A stretch of DNA of 64,000 bases from Podarcis cretensis. Taxonomy: Eukaryota. The notes beneath the pieces were generated by a model. That model saw only the letters and a program-made list of their open reading frames with translations. It had not been told where the DNA came from and searched no databases. Position 1 is the stretch's first letter. Each line of letters starts with the position of its first letter. A program made the translations under genes and the position numbers. Positions 14,049-27,929 of this stretch are shown here, piece by piece. Where the stretch lies: assembly GCA_951804945.1 (NCBI GenBank), contig OX638149.1, forward strand, positions 74,834,001-74,898,000, written 5' to 3'.

Positions 14049-15339
14049 TAATATATTCAAAACTGAGCTTATATATACATATGTAGCATCCCTGGTATCT
14101 ATGCAGTTTTTTCTGACTTTTCTCTTCAATTCACATATTGATTTCCATATATTTTCTCCTTCATTTTAAATTTTTAAACCATAAAAAGTTGGTGTTTTCA
14201 GCCTTGCATCTTTGTCCTGTGGGATGTTAAATGATATTAATTGATTTTACGTTTAAACTGTAATGATCTGTCCTTATGGAACCTCTGCTTCTCCAAGGTA
14301 ACCTAGGATTCCCCATTGTGTGAACTTTATAAATTATATGCATAACCTAAATTAATGGTTATATCTGATTCACATGAATGGTCTTTGTTTCTCTCCACGC
14401 TATACTGTCTTTAATTCCCCTCTAAGAGGCAGAAGAGATTAGTTGATGGGTTGCAAAAGTATTTTATTTATTGTGATCACTTCTTCCTCTTGTATTTCCC
14501 AGACTGGAAGTGACTTGGAAAGACTTAGAGGGGAAGGGAATTGGTGGCACAGGAGTACATGTGGAGAATTTCCATTTGGAAATTTCTTGAAAGGAGCCAG
14601 AGAATTGAATGAAAACAGAATGAAAGTTCCTCCTCCTGTTTCTCCCTCCCACTCTACTTAAATGTTAGTTATCTGAAACAGCTAAGAGGAAGATATCTAG
14701 ACCTGGCCTCAGGCAGGCCACTTGCTTTGGAATGTAGAAGAGAGATCTGGCCCTTCACCTGCCATTTGAAAATGGCTCACATAAAACAGCATACACCATC
14801 GATTTGTGTATCCATATTGCTAGAGAGATTAATAGACTACTCGTTTTTCCTGAGAACACTGCCTGATGACAGATCAGCAGTTAAATTCAATTTAGTTGTA
14901 TGTGTTGTAAACAAGGCCAATGTCAATTTAAATTACACATATTTAAGCACATATATAAACAGCATGATGTAGTAGTTCCCAAAAGGTGGCTTGAGTCCAC
15001 CAGTTGGTGTCTTGAACCTTGCAGTTGGTTACAAGCTTGCCATCAATGGCAGATATGGGGTGGGAGCATGCAAAGAGTTTGGAGTGGTTTCTCTCCCCCC
15101 CCCCCCACCTCCTGGTCAAGGATCAGGCAAGTTCTGAACAAAAATAAAATCCTGTTTGTGTGTCCTGTTAACAGAATGTTTGGAAACAATTGAATGAATC
15201 TTCTTCCATTCCTGTTCAATGTTACTTTTTCATTGCATGTTGAACTATATTTTTGTGGTTGTGATACACTGTAAATCAACCTGAAATCTGATACAATGAG
15301 CAATATAAATACATTGTAAATTATTTAATTTGAAAATAA

Positions 15340-15552
<213 letters not shown>

Positions 15553-16419
15553 TAGACAATACACTGCAGTTTCTAGCCAAGTCTGTCAGCTTCAGTAATT
15601 ATACCAAATAACATAGAAATCACATCTGGTAAATACTATACTCAAGAGTAGCAAACTAGAGTACTGTACTTAACTATTATAATATTTTAAAAATTTTCAG
15701 CTTGTGATATTGAACTTTTAAAGCAGTTCATTCAGCAATGTCCTATTAACTAACATTCCAAGATGGTAGGATTCCACCACCATGTGTGAAAGGTGGACAC
15801 TTCTTTGCTTACCTTTCATGTTTTATTCTTATTATTTTTAGAATTATTGCACATATTTTCTAGAAACAAAGGTAACCCATACCCAGCAAATCCAACAAAA
15901 TTTTCTTTGGAGATCCCCAAAAGTACACTATGAAAGCCTGTATTCTTATCCATACACTAAGACTTATAACAGTATGCATATGTAAAACATGTTCTTACTA
16001 AGTGATCCACAAGTTAGTAAGGTAGACACTTTTCTTCTTCTATTTTTCCCTTTGATGATTTTGTCTATGAAGGAAGGGATGGAAATGAGTGGAAATGACT
16101 CTGCCACAATACTTGCAAAGCTAATTGAAAACACATCAGTAATTTGCTCACATGGGGTTGTATCCAGCTCCCTGGAGCACATTGATTAAATTTTTCAATA
16201 GTTGGTTCTGATATGCATCCTGTATTTTAAATTCTCACAACTGAGTCCTTGAGTGTATTTTGAGGGTGCATAGGAGAGGAGAGGGAAGTTTCATTGAGCA
16301 AGCTGCAGTCTGTTGCACAAGTGGGACAGCAGTGAGGGACCACCACATCTTAAAGAAAAGTGGGTGCTTATTGAAAAGTAGTACGTAAGTATCTATCCCA
16401 TAAAGTCACTACAGTCGTA

Positions 16420-16582
16420 ATTGTGGCTTCTGATTGGCTGCAAGAAGATCCTGCAGCCAATCAGAAGCCATGGAAGCCCCATCAGATGTTCGGGTTCCAA
16501 AAGAACATTCACTTTTGGGTTTGCGGCATTCAGGACCCAAAATGTCAGAGTTCCAGGGCTTTTGGGATCCAAGGTACGACTG
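16420..16582. mobile_element. Tc1/mariner-type MITE fragment
   Basis: Ends aggtacgactg|TA like the 20277 family; internal 19-bp inverted repeat. Confidence 0.6.
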
Positions 16583-17009
16583 TATATGTATAACATGGGA
16601 AAAACGTATTTGTTTGGTTCACATGTAATGCTAAGGTGTGATTCAAGCAAAGCATCTGGCTTGCATGTTCTCTCCCTTCTCACAGCTATGCAGTTAGGAG
16701 AACTGTTGCCGAGTTTAGCTTTTTTTAAAAAAATATGGTTTCACATTGCATATGAATTGGGGAACCTGGTTTATAACAATGTTTCATTGCTAAATGAGCT
16801 AGCTTCAGACCGTGACTTATGAAGGTGGCTCACGTTAACAAATGCTGGTTGTAAGCCATGGTGCCTGGCCTATATGCAAACTAAAAGCTCAAGCCTTCCC
16901 AGCTGTTTGGGAGTGGGTAAATCACACACATCTGTTAAGTGCTAAATCGTGTTTCTTTTTGTAGGCTGCTTGCCCTACTTGCTAAGCTTAGATTGCACTG
17001 TTAGGCTGA

Positions 17010-17177
<168 letters not shown>

Positions 17178-17754
17178 TGAATTGTATAGTATGTATGCCA
17201 GGTAAGCATAGGGTATTGGCTCTCAGGACTCTGTTTGGGCTATACTGCTTCCGTAGCCATGTCCCTCACCAGCCCTTCTTCACACCATCCATTCGTGTAC
17301 TTATGTGGCTGGAGTGTGTCCTTGAATTCTGATAATGCCTCTTGCTTGCCTGAAGGACACTACTAGTACATTACCAGGTTCCATAGGTTGCCATGACAAG
17401 TGTACTGCTGCCATCTGGCAAGTATGACAGACCTGCCTTCCCTCTCAGTGGGGATCATTGCCTTATTGGCTCTTGCCAAGAAATCAATTACCTAGTTTCA
17501 GAAAGCCCATTTGCCATTGGGCAATAATGATTTGAGCACTAGTAGCATGGTGCTTCTCTTGCAAAAGCTGTCTTAATTATGTTCTTGTTCAGATCCGGGT
17601 AAGAGATTTAAAGATTGGGATACCAACTCTTACAGTGTCACAACCTGCACTGGACCACGCTGCAATACCAATAGTTCAGCATCTGATTTCAGATCTTCAT
17701 ATTTTAAAATGCAGGATGTCTTGTTCAAACATTTTATCATCCCTTCCTTTGCAG

Positions 17755-17885
17755 GGTTATGGTGTTTCCTTGGCGGCTTCCACATCCAACACTACAAAAT
17801 CAATAAAAGAGAGTAGCAATGCTGCCATTATAAAACGGTTTAACCATCACAGTGCCATGGTCCTTGCAGCTGGGCTCAGAAAACA
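17755..17885 (+). CDS. GTF2H1: GTF2H1 coding exon 7
   Basis: [43 protein letters not shown]. Confidence 0.95.
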
Positions 17886-18347
17886 GTAAGTTTCAGCTAA
17901 GAACAGATCTTCAACTAGACTGAAAATCAGCCAAGTCTATACTGTCAAATAGCCTAACTCTATTTGTGTTGATGTTTAATAATTGAAATCAAAATGGAAC
18001 AGTCAAACCATGCCCTTTGTAGGTCTGCTCAGATTGGCTCTGATGTTGGGACTCTCTCAGGCAGTTTTTATTAACTTACTTTTTGGGTGCATGTATTGTC
18101 CATCGAACCAAAAGTCCCAGGATGGGCACATCACTAAAACTGTCTTCTATAAAAGGAAGTGTACATGGGGCTAGAGGCTGCTGCCCAAAGGAAACTGTCT
18201 TCTCCTTACCCCTGACACAGTGCACTTGCATAAATGCTTTTTGCTTATGCATAGAGATGAGGGATTGAATCCTGACCATTGTACAGATCTATCTAAACTT
18301 GAGTAGTTTGAGAGAACACAGTATAATGCCTAATTCTTGCTTTTCAG

Positions 18348-18435
18348 AGACACACAGAATGACCACTACAATGAGGCCAGCAGTATGGATGGAAATTCCA
18401 GAGATTCAGATTTCTTTCAGCCACCGGTAAAAAAG
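18348..18435 (+). CDS. GTF2H1: GTF2H1 coding exon 8
   Basis: [29 protein letters not shown]; frame-consistent AG/GT. Confidence 0.92.
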
Positions 18436-18550
18436 GTAAGGCTTCCTTTGTGATTCTAAAAGAATACAAATTTTCTCCCTTATGGGACTATGCCAAGTTC
18501 TGCTTCTTGTGTCTAGTTCTACAGTACCATGAGTATGCCTTGTCTTACAG

Positions 18551-18639
18551 GTAAAGCTGCAAGAGTCCATTGAATATGAAGATTTAGAAAACAACAACAG
18601 CGTTAGAACTATTGCACTAAACCTAAAGAAATCAGATAG
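18551..18639 (+). CDS. GTF2H1: GTF2H1 coding exon 9
   Basis: [29 protein letters not shown]. Confidence 0.94.
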
Positions 18640-19144
18640 GTATGATTTGCAGGCCAAATAAAGTAGTTTGGTTCTTTTGGTTCAATACAAAAAATCATTG
18701 ACCCTGTTCGCCTCTTTTCTGTACATCATGCTTCCAACGAGAAAGAAGCATGCTTATATATACATTACCTTCAATTATGTTTTTTTATAAAAAGAAATGA
18801 GAATCTTGCCCTCGGGCTTACAGTTTAACAGACAGCAGCAGAAAAAGGGGAAGGAAGGGCTGGCAAATCTGAAGATACCCCAGAACACTCTGAGAAACAT
18901 GAAAATAATTCCAAATATTACATTCTGCTTTTACAAGAGCTTTATATAAGCAGAAGTGAAATAGTAGCTGTAAAATGTTACCACACAGCTCTGCAGAAAC
19001 TCTTGTATATGCTCTTGTACATGCATTTGCAAAATACTTACCGCTGTTTTCTTTCCACTTAACAGTTATTGTTGAATCTAGCACTTAGGCCTAAATCCAA
19101 CATAGAGAAGCATTTTTTCACACATTGATTTCAGTGGGCTTAAG

Positions 19145-19281
19145 CAGTGTTTCCCAAGCTTTGGTCTCCAACTGTTTTTCATCTGCAACTCCCACCATCC
19201 CTCGCTAGCAGGACCTGTGGTCAGGGATGATGGGAATTGTAGTCCAAAAACAGTTGGAGACCCAAGTTTTGGGAAACACAG
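19145..19281. mobile_element. Palindromic ~135-bp hAT-like MITE
   Basis: cagtgtttccc...gggaaacacag ends, shared ctacaattcccatcatccct-type core. Confidence 0.8.
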
Positions 19282-19669
19282 GGGTTTAAACAAAGTCTAA
19301 GTCTCTGTTGGTTTTAGGCTATAATCTTTTTCACTTGTTAAGATAATTAGGTGGATTAGAAGTGGTTGCAATATTTTATTGGCCCATGTGTTCCTCACTT
19401 CACCACTTTTCTGGCTGTTGTTTTTGTTTTGTATTTTCTGAAAAATTGACTTCATTGGTTATCCAACTTAATCAGACACAATCACTTGGGTTCCCTTGCA
19501 GTGGAAGATTTCATTTTCTGGAAAATCAATATGCATTTTAAGGAAACAAATTTTTCATTTCGAGCAGAACAAAAGGTGCTACAAAGGTACCTACAGAGTG
19601 GGGTTGAACACTGAGAAATTGGATTGTTGTTCCCAGATTTTTAATTATAATTTCTCCTTTGGTCAACAG

Positions 19670-19787
19670 GTATTATCATGGTCCAACACCAATTCAATCA
19701 CAGCAATATGCAACTAGCCAAGATATTATTAATTCTTTGTATAGTATTAGAGAAGAAATGGACACTTATGTACCCAAACTAACTCAG
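19670..19787 (+). CDS. GTF2H1: GTF2H1 coding exon 10
   Basis: [39 protein letters not shown]. Confidence 0.95.
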
Positions 19788-20276
19788 GTAGGATATGCAT
19801 GTTGCTTTATTAAATAAAACAAAACACCAAAACTGGATTCTGATTGCCCATATGATTAGAAGATTGGATATTGATTGATGCTGCCCAGCATACTTAATCT
19901 TGGGGGAGCAAATGTTATGTTTCCTTTGCATATTGTAAAATAGTTTGAGAACTATTTTTAACAAGCACAGAATATTCAGCTTCAATGTGTTATGTTTTTT
20001 AACTGATAGTTGTCATGATTTGCATAATTGCAGCAGCTATAATTAAGTCTACTGCAGTCTTGCAAATAGTGAAAGCTACATGTGTAACCCCTTTTTATTA
20101 TTCATATTGCACCATTATTGTGCATGGTACTTTACAGAAAACAATTGGTCAGGTACCTGCTGTGGTGAGATTACAATATCAAAAAAAACCAAATGCAGGA
20201 GAACAGTTGAGGAAGGGAAGAGAAAGAAAGCAGAGGTAAATGGGGAGAGAATGTGTGATTATTTCAGCTGTATATA

Positions 20277-20521
20277 CAGTGGTACCTCGGATGCGAATGG
20301 GATCCGTTCCGGAGCCCCATTCGCATCCTGAATAGAACGTAAGACGCGACTGTGCATACGCAGGTTGCGTTTTGCTGTTCCTGTGCATGCGCGTGACGTC
20401 ATTTTGAGCGTCTGCGCAAGCGGCGAAACCTGGAAGTAATACACTCCGTCACTTCCTGGTTGCCACAGAGCGCAACCCGAAAGCGCTCAATCTGAAGCAC
20501 ATTCAACCCGAAGTATGGCTG
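20277..20521. mobile_element. Tc1/mariner-type MITE
   Basis: TA|cagtggtacctcgg ... ccgaagtatggctg|TA. Confidence 0.78.
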
Positions 20522-21560
20522 TACTTAGTTACAGTCTGGCATGGAACCCTGTTAAGCTATCAGTTTTTGCAAGTGGTTCTTCCATGTGAATGCTTCCCAA
20601 CCACCAACAGTTCTTGCATGTTTACTACAGCCCTCCACTGTAAGTCTACAGAGTTGTAACATGTAAGGTATTAAATCACTTCTAGGATAAACTCAGGACT
20701 CTGTTGGAGAGGATTAAACATGGGACATCCACAGAAAATATATATGGGTGGATTCAACTTGGTTGTTTCATGCATGGAACAAGGTTTGCTTGTGAAATGG
20801 GACTTTGCCCCCACCCCATACACTTCCTAAATCGACTCTGGAGGGTTGGCGGCAAAGTCCCATCGCATGAGTGGCTTTGTTCTCCATGCACATACCCCAC
20901 TTACCACTTTGCTGAATTCCACTCTCTGTTCAGAAGGCCTTTGGAGTACACTTAGTATTGTTTCATTCACTCAAATAATCAATACTGTATTGGGATATAT
21001 GAAGAAGACAGTCTTTTGAGTTTAGAGGAACCAGACCATTTTGATACATGATTGCATAACCTAACTGCCTTAGCACATTAACTGCTCAGTTATGAAACAG
21101 CATAGTGCTTTGCTCGTTCATTCATTTGCTATTTTTTGAGCTCTCCGTCTGCACACCTTGCAGTTGAGCAGCAGGAAGTGAAAACGTGCCTCTTCTTGTA
21201 CTGCACTTTCAGACATTAGATGTGAACAGATTGTTCTTGCTGTTGGTTTGGTGTTTTTTCTCCCTTATTTTGACAGCCAGCTTGATTTTTCTGCTTCTGC
21301 TGTTAGGCTAAACTATGTACTGTACTGTAAAGCACTTTAAGAATGGTTATGGCTGAGTTATATAAATATAATAAATATCCACTTGGGGTATTACAAGAAT
21401 TGTCATTCTTAATATAACACCAAATAATAATTGTACTTTAGAACAAAATTAATATGGCATATAACTATATGGTTAAGCCCATATGACTCAAGCAATATCC
21501 ATAGGTTTTGAGGAGTTCTTTTATTATGGTGTCGGACCTTTATTTTGCCTCTTTTTCAAG

Positions 21561-21651
21561 GTTATCTCAAGTGGTGCTGCAAGTAGTACGATCGCGGCTC
21601 TGTCACCTGGAGGAGCACTTATGCAGGGTGGAACACAGCAAGCCATAAATC
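21561..21651 (+). CDS. GTF2H1: GTF2H1 coding exon 11
   Basis: [30 protein letters not shown]. Confidence 0.95.
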
Positions 21652-22018
21652 GTAAGTATTTTATGTCTTCGTCACTCATGCCTTAGCAAATGTGTGAAAT
21701 GCTCATGTAAGCATTATAGGACAATTCTTTTAGCTAAGGTGAAGAGATTGAAAATATCTGACTAGTTGTACAAACCTGGCTGTGGCAAGAGTTCTTTTTC
21801 CACCCAACTCAGGCCAGTTGAATAGTTTTCAGTGAGGGACAGTGGACCGGCCCCCTGCTGAAAAAGTTTGCTGACCCCTGGCCTAGTCCTTAACTGTGTG
21901 GGATCCTCTAATGATGCTAATATCAAAAACACAATTTTCTGCCCACTGACAACTATCAGAGTTTGTGAGCCGAGGTGGTGGTATAAATGTGACTTGCCTT
22001 CATTGTTTTTGACTGCAG

Positions 22019-22134
22019 AGATGGTGCCAAATGATGTTCAGGCTGAGCTGAAACACTTGTATGTGGCACTAGGAGAGCTGTTACGACATTTTTGGTCCTG
22101 CTTTCCGGTTAATACACCATTCCTAGAAGAGAAG
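22019..22134 (+). CDS. GTF2H1: GTF2H1 coding exon 12
   Basis: [38 protein letters not shown]. Confidence 0.96.
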
Positions 22135-23014
22135 GTAGGAAGGATCTATAGTAGGACTTGGCTTATCCCTATCATTATTGATATACAGCAGTCTGTTCTG
22201 TAATGAAATGTGCATGCTGAGATCTGTTGATATGAAAGCTTTCTATAATGAATGGCCTGCTGCATGCAACAATTCTGTCCCAGATGAACAGCAGTGTGTG
22301 GAATGTCAGCCTGAAGAAAGTTCGCTATTGGAGCAAATGTAGTACCAGCTGACCTTGCTACCTAATCCAGTGGTTTTTTCAAATAATTTCGAAAGAGGTG
22401 ATTTTTGTCTTCAGGGACTTTAAAAGAAACTTTGAAAATTAATAAGTGCAGGAGTGAAAGTTTTACACTGCATATGTGTTCTGTATTTTAATCAGGCATA
22501 CTATAGAAAGTTTAAAGTATAACAACTTTAAAGACACTTCCACCTGCTAAAACAAGTGTGTAGTCTGCTTTCCCATTCAGTCAGAAGTTTTAGGGTTCTA
22601 TTTAAATGTGTCTCTGCTAACACACGGTTTTTTGATCCAGTGGAAGATTCTATAAATGGAAAGTGTGAGGTGGAAGTAATTTTCACAGATATTTTCCCCC
22701 TTCCATCTGTCTGACCCACATGTGACCTCCCCCCATCTGTTTCAGAGTTGGGGGCCCTTTTTTGGAATAGTGTAGTGTGTAGCATAGGGAGCTGCAAAAG
22801 AAAAAGGGACATTTGCGGGGGTGGGAAACCCCCCCCCCAATTTCCCCACTTGCAGAATGTTCCAGTGGATTAGAGTTATTTCAGCAGCGGAGCACAATTG
22901 AATACAAGCATTAGGGTGAAACCCAACAGTGGAAATCTACCAGTGGAACGGATAAGTTTGAAAAAGCAAAATAGCTTCCTTTAAATGTTTGTTCTCTGGT
23001 ATTTTCTCTTTCAG

Positions 23015-23107
23015 GTTGTGAAGATGAGAAGTAATCTGGAAAGATTTCAAGTTACGAAACTGTGTCCATTCCAAGACAAAATTCGAAGACAGTATTTAAG
23101 CATAAAT
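23015..23107 (+). CDS. GTF2H1: GTF2H1 coding exon 13
   Basis: [31 protein letters not shown]. Confidence 0.95.
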
Positions 23108-23927
23108 GTAAGAGGGAAAAGCAACCTACAAATATGACATATAAGGGTAGCATAATGCATTGTTCATATAAATTGCTGATTGCTAGAAAGAATGGCTAGA
23201 AAGAATGGCAAAATTGATTTGCCTTATCTGAAACAGGTACCATTAACTTCAGAAATAAGGAGGCTTTCAGTTTTTTCTAGAGTGGGCAGTGAACACCGTG
23301 AAAATATTTCCTGTAACCCAGCCCCCTTCCTTCTTAAATGTCAACTTCAAAAATGACCACTATACCCACCTGTTCCTCCCATGTCGTAAAATGGACAGCA
23401 TCTCAATCAACTCTTTAACAGCAGGGACTTCACATTAACTGAAGGTACCTTGTGGTCACTATCCTGCTTCAAAGCTTTATCATGATCATTACTAAAGTGC
23501 CCAAACTATGAGTGGTTTTACTGAATCCATTGCCACGACCTGTATAAGATAAGGCTAAAGGTGCTTTTCTGGTGAGTTATTTAAACTTCCCTTCAAGTTG
23601 CTAGCTATATATTGCCAGTATGTACTATTGTGCAATAGAGGACCAGTAAAAAAAAGTTCTGACTCATGAAATGAAGTCTTCTCATTCTGATCTGTGTGTG
23701 ATTCTCCCTTTTTTTTTTTCTTTTTTGCACTCAGGGAAGATGAATACTTGGTGTTCTATACAACTCAGTTCTCCTTAGAGTAGACTCAGTCAAAATTAAC
23801 AGTCCAGACTTAAGTCACTTTCATTAACTTCATTGGGTCCACTCTTAATAGGACTAACATTGAATGTAGCTCTTGGCTTAGTAATATTTTTGTACTAATT
23901 TTTGCAAACCTTGTTTTTTTTTTTCAG

Positions 23928-24014
23928 CTGATAAATCACATAGAAGAAATGCTGCAAACAGCCTACAATAAATTCCACACATGGCAGTCTCGGCGTATGT
24001 TGAAGAAAACGTGA
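23928..24014 (+). CDS. GTF2H1: GTF2H1 last coding exon
   Basis: [28 protein letters not shown]; TGA 24012-24014. Confidence 0.95.
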   Translation: MINHIEEMLQTAYNKFHTWQSRRMLKKT

Positions 24015-24319
24015 AGACCCAGTGATGCCAGATTTTTTGAGTGGGAAGCATTTGCAATAGCTGTAGGAATGCAGCTACCCAGTGGGGTATATCTTACAGA
24101 CAATGCTGGAAAGTCAGCATCATACGGACTCCTGAAAACTATGCTAACTGAACTTGCACACTTTCTGGAAAGAAACAAGAGGTCAAACTTGAAAACTAGG
24201 GAGTTAAATGGAACCAAACCAGAAGAGCTAAGTGGCAAATATCTATATAAATGTAAAGACACTGTTTACTGCAGTTACTCAGGAACTGCTTTTGATTTTC
24301 ATAAAGAGCTGCTTTCAGA

Positions 24320-25637
24320 AATAAAAACTTTAAAAAGGGTGTATTAATAAAATCCAAGATTGTTTGTCTAGTTTTTTAAAAATGTATGGTACAGGGTAGA
24401 ACCTAAACAGTTATTTCTTCACTGTATCCTGGCATTATATTGAATTCTGTTTGTATTTCTAGAAACAGGTTTAACATTTTAAATATTATTGAGAGACTTT
24501 TGCCTCAAATTCCTAAGCAGCTTAGATGCTAGAATAAAAAAGTTTTGGGTTTTTTTGCCATGTTTGCTACAAATCAACAGCCAATGCACTGCTGAAGTTT
24601 GGTGTTTAAGGAGGTACCTTTGGCAGAAAGAGTGCAAAGTTTTATGCAGGATTTTTACCAGCCATCGTTTACATGTTTTCTTTTTAGTGCTAGAGTGTGC
24701 TGCTGCAGTTTTTTAAAGTCTGACTTTTGTTTGGAGGTGAAACAAAATCATTTTTAAAGTGAGTTTAAGAAGCTTACAGAAGTAATAACTTTTTATACTA
24801 TTGAGGGAAAAACAATCTTACATGTGCTTTTTTCAGTTCTCTCCTGATGACTGTTAGCGCTGTATCTGGCGACTAGATAATCATTGAAGAGTGAAAATAC
24901 GATATCTTTAGCTATATGTGGAATCTGTTCCATATTATGGTCCAAACAGGAAGCATTTCACTCTTACCTAAGATGTACCTGCCATGTATTAAATACTTGA
25001 CTTATAAAAACAAAGTAAACTTGTTTTATATAGTCCATGGAGTCAGACTCCTTATATTTTGTTGTCTTAATGTCTTCCTCATTAGAAGTCTATTCTAGGA
25101 CCAAGCAAATGACTTTGATTATGTGTGTGATGAGATCTATTGAGATATTTTAGAAACCAGTGGTTTATGACCCCATAAACCATTATTTTTTAGTGGCAAC
25201 TGTTGGAATTCATTGGTAAGTTTATCCTATTTTCAGAACTGTTCATGCCCAGAAAGAATTATTAGTATTACTGATTTACAGTGTATTGGCATGAAGGATT
25301 GCTTCCCACCTTGAGCCATGTCTATGAACTAGCAGTTTGAGAGCCACAAAAATTTCTCCTCATGCAAGAGTATGTGCTTCTTTACATGCTCACGCAGTGT
25401 TCTCCAGTGAATTGATATTCTGCAACAACCCAAACTTGATAAGCAGACCACTGTATCTATACTGAAATACTATGAAGTAGATGTAAGGCATTATCCTTAA
25501 ACTTGCCACTGCTTGCCTTTTCAGAGGGGCTGCATGTTATGTGTTGAAAAATGATTCTGCTTCTAAACGAAAAGGAGCTTTCTCTTTGATCGGACACGGT
25601 GAAATGTGAAAAGCTGGAATTAATCATGAATAATAAA
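24320..25637 (+). terminator. Candidate GTF2H1 polyadenylation signals
   Basis: AATAAA at 24320, 24346, 24533 and 25632; which is used cannot be told from sequence. Confidence 0.45.
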
Positions 25638-27104
25638 AGCTGCTGCTGCTACTGTGGTAATGTCAACTTACTGAAACATGGCTCTGGTAATACGTCACTG
25701 TGTCTTTTGGGTGAGCCCCTCAAGCAAGCGTAATTCTGACAACCTTGTCGGCAGTGTACCAATGACACATACATATCTTCAAGTATCATCTGTGCAACAA
25801 AGAGCGTACTACAGGCGGCAGGCTGAAACAGCTTTTTCATTGAGAAATGCTTTAGTCAGGCTCAAGTGCAGGATTCATGTGCACACATTCCACTTGATCC
25901 TGTTGCTGTGAAGGCATGAAGGTATACATTTGCACTGATACTTCTGAGCAATAATTAGCTGATACAAACCATAAAGGTGGGCTTCATCAAAACTTATTCA
26001 GGCAGATAAGCAGATTGACGGTCATTTAACAAAATATTTTTTTCTGTCTTCTCTTCCTGGAATTTTAAAATTTCCATAGTTATGTCAGGCTTTGGGACAA
26101 AAAGTCTGTAATTGCAGAAATATCCCCAAATAAAGAATTTAAACACCGTGAATGGTTTTTTCAATTCTTTGACTTGAGAAGTACCATGAGACTCTCCTAC
26201 CAGAAGATGGCAATAGCACTATCATGCCTACATCATGCCTACTTTCCTTACATAGCTCTTTTGTGCTCCTGCTGTTTGACCTTTGTTGATTCCAGTACTA
26301 CTTAAGCATGGTCCAAAACAGATGAGTGACATTAACTGTGAATTGATGTTCTGCTAACCATGCAGTTATTGGAATCTGAAGATAGAATTTGTATTAAATG
26401 GAAACTCATGCAACTTGTATCACTGGCATTGATCCAAAATTGTAGAATAAATCTGAATTCTGTAGTCAAGTGGTTTTTCTATGCTTTAGGGTGTCTATCT
26501 TGTGACTTCTCTCAAATCAAGAGGAAATGTCAACTTGAGAATCTGATAATCTTGCTTGTGTAACTGAGTATTTTAAAGGTTCCTTTGTTTTTGACACGCT
26601 GAACTGTAATTCATTTCAACATTTTACTTGCAAATATTCTAGGCTGCTGCGGCTGTCCTTCAGTTGAAAGGAAAATATCCTTTCCATCTTTTAAATGGGA
26701 GCCTCAGCTGTATGTGCTACTGCTGCTCAGGCATTGCATGTTGGGTAATGGCACACATGCACATCAATGCTCACCCAACCACACAGTCTGCACATTCAGC
26801 AAGAGGTCTAGGAGATCAAAGAAGAGCAGAGTGTACAGCTGCAGGAGGCTCTGGTTAGGCACACAAAGAACATTTTCAGTGATGAATATAATGAAACAAT
26901 TGAACAAATCTTTTGTTAAAAAAATTATTTACATTTTTACTTGCAAAAAAATAGATGCCATGCATTTTAATCAAATAATTTTTGAAAAGAAATGCAAAAG
27001 TGTGCATGCAGCTCATAATGTCATTAAAATGTGGTGATTATGTATTTCCTAAATATAAGGAGTTCCATAAGTGTATTTTTTCCTGGGCTTTATTAATCTA
27101 ATCC

Positions 27105-27295
27105 AGAGCCAGAGTGTGGGGTAGTGGTTAGAGCCCTGGAATAGGACATGGAAGATCAGCATTCAAATCCCCACTTGGCCATAGAACTCAGTGGATGACC
27201 TCAAGCCAGTAACTGCCTCTCAACATAACCTACCTCGCAGGCTTGCGGGGAGTAAGTGAGGAGAAAGATAACCATGTTATATCACCTTGTGCTCG
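27105..27295 (+). mobile_element. tRNA-derived SINE (Squam3/MIR-like), diverged
   Basis: A-box-like GTGGGGTAGTGGTTAGAG, B-box-like ATTCAAATCCCC, core AACCTACCTCGCAGG. Confidence 0.7.
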
Positions 27296-27616
27296 GATGT
27301 AGTCAATCTGCCCCAGAGGGTTGGTGGAACCCTCAGGTTTGGGGAGGGGAAGTTGCATTGCACGTAATGAAACCTTGCCCCAATTTTCTAGTTTTGTAAC
27401 TCAGGAGTTAAATTCTTCCTCCACTTGTAAGCTGATTGTGTGTTGTCCATTCCACCACTGCCATTGTACTATAGGGCTTAGGCTAGGAGTTACTGCCCCA
27501 CTTCATCACATCCTATGCTTGTTATTTGGCAAAAACAAATCAATGAGATCAGTGGCAAAGAGAAATTGCCTCTTTCCATGTTATGCAGTACCTGTGGTTC
27601 AGTATATATCTCTAGT

Positions 27617-27929
27617 AAAAGGTAAAGGGACCCCTGGTCCAGTTGTGACCAACTGGGGTTGCGGCGCTCATCGCTTTATTGGCCAAGGGAGCCAGGGGCA
27701 TGTGGCCAGCATGACTAAGCCGCTTCTGGCGAAGCAGAGCAGCGCACAGAAATGCCGTTTACCTTCCCACCGGAGCAGTACCTATTTATCTACTTGCACT
27801 TTGATGTGCTTTCAAATTGCTAGGTTGGCAGGAGAAGGGACCGAGCTCACCCCATTGCGGGGATTCGAACCACCGACCTTCTGATCGGCAAGTCCTAGTC
27901 TCTGTGGTTTAACCCACAGCGCCACCCGT
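27617..27929 (-). mobile_element. Sauria SINE with internal deletions
   Basis: Same head and tail motifs as the 35387 copy in reverse orientation. Confidence 0.85.

Noticed and set aside
18541-18556. CAG|GTAAAG at a GTF2H1 exon start resembling a recursive splice site
   Set aside because: Upstream intron is only 115 nt and AG|GT exon starts are common; explained by the Val-Lys codons
27321-27884. 187-aa ORF (and similar 35311-35748)
   Set aside because: Runs through a Sauria SINE; the shared peptide tail is SINE antisense sequence
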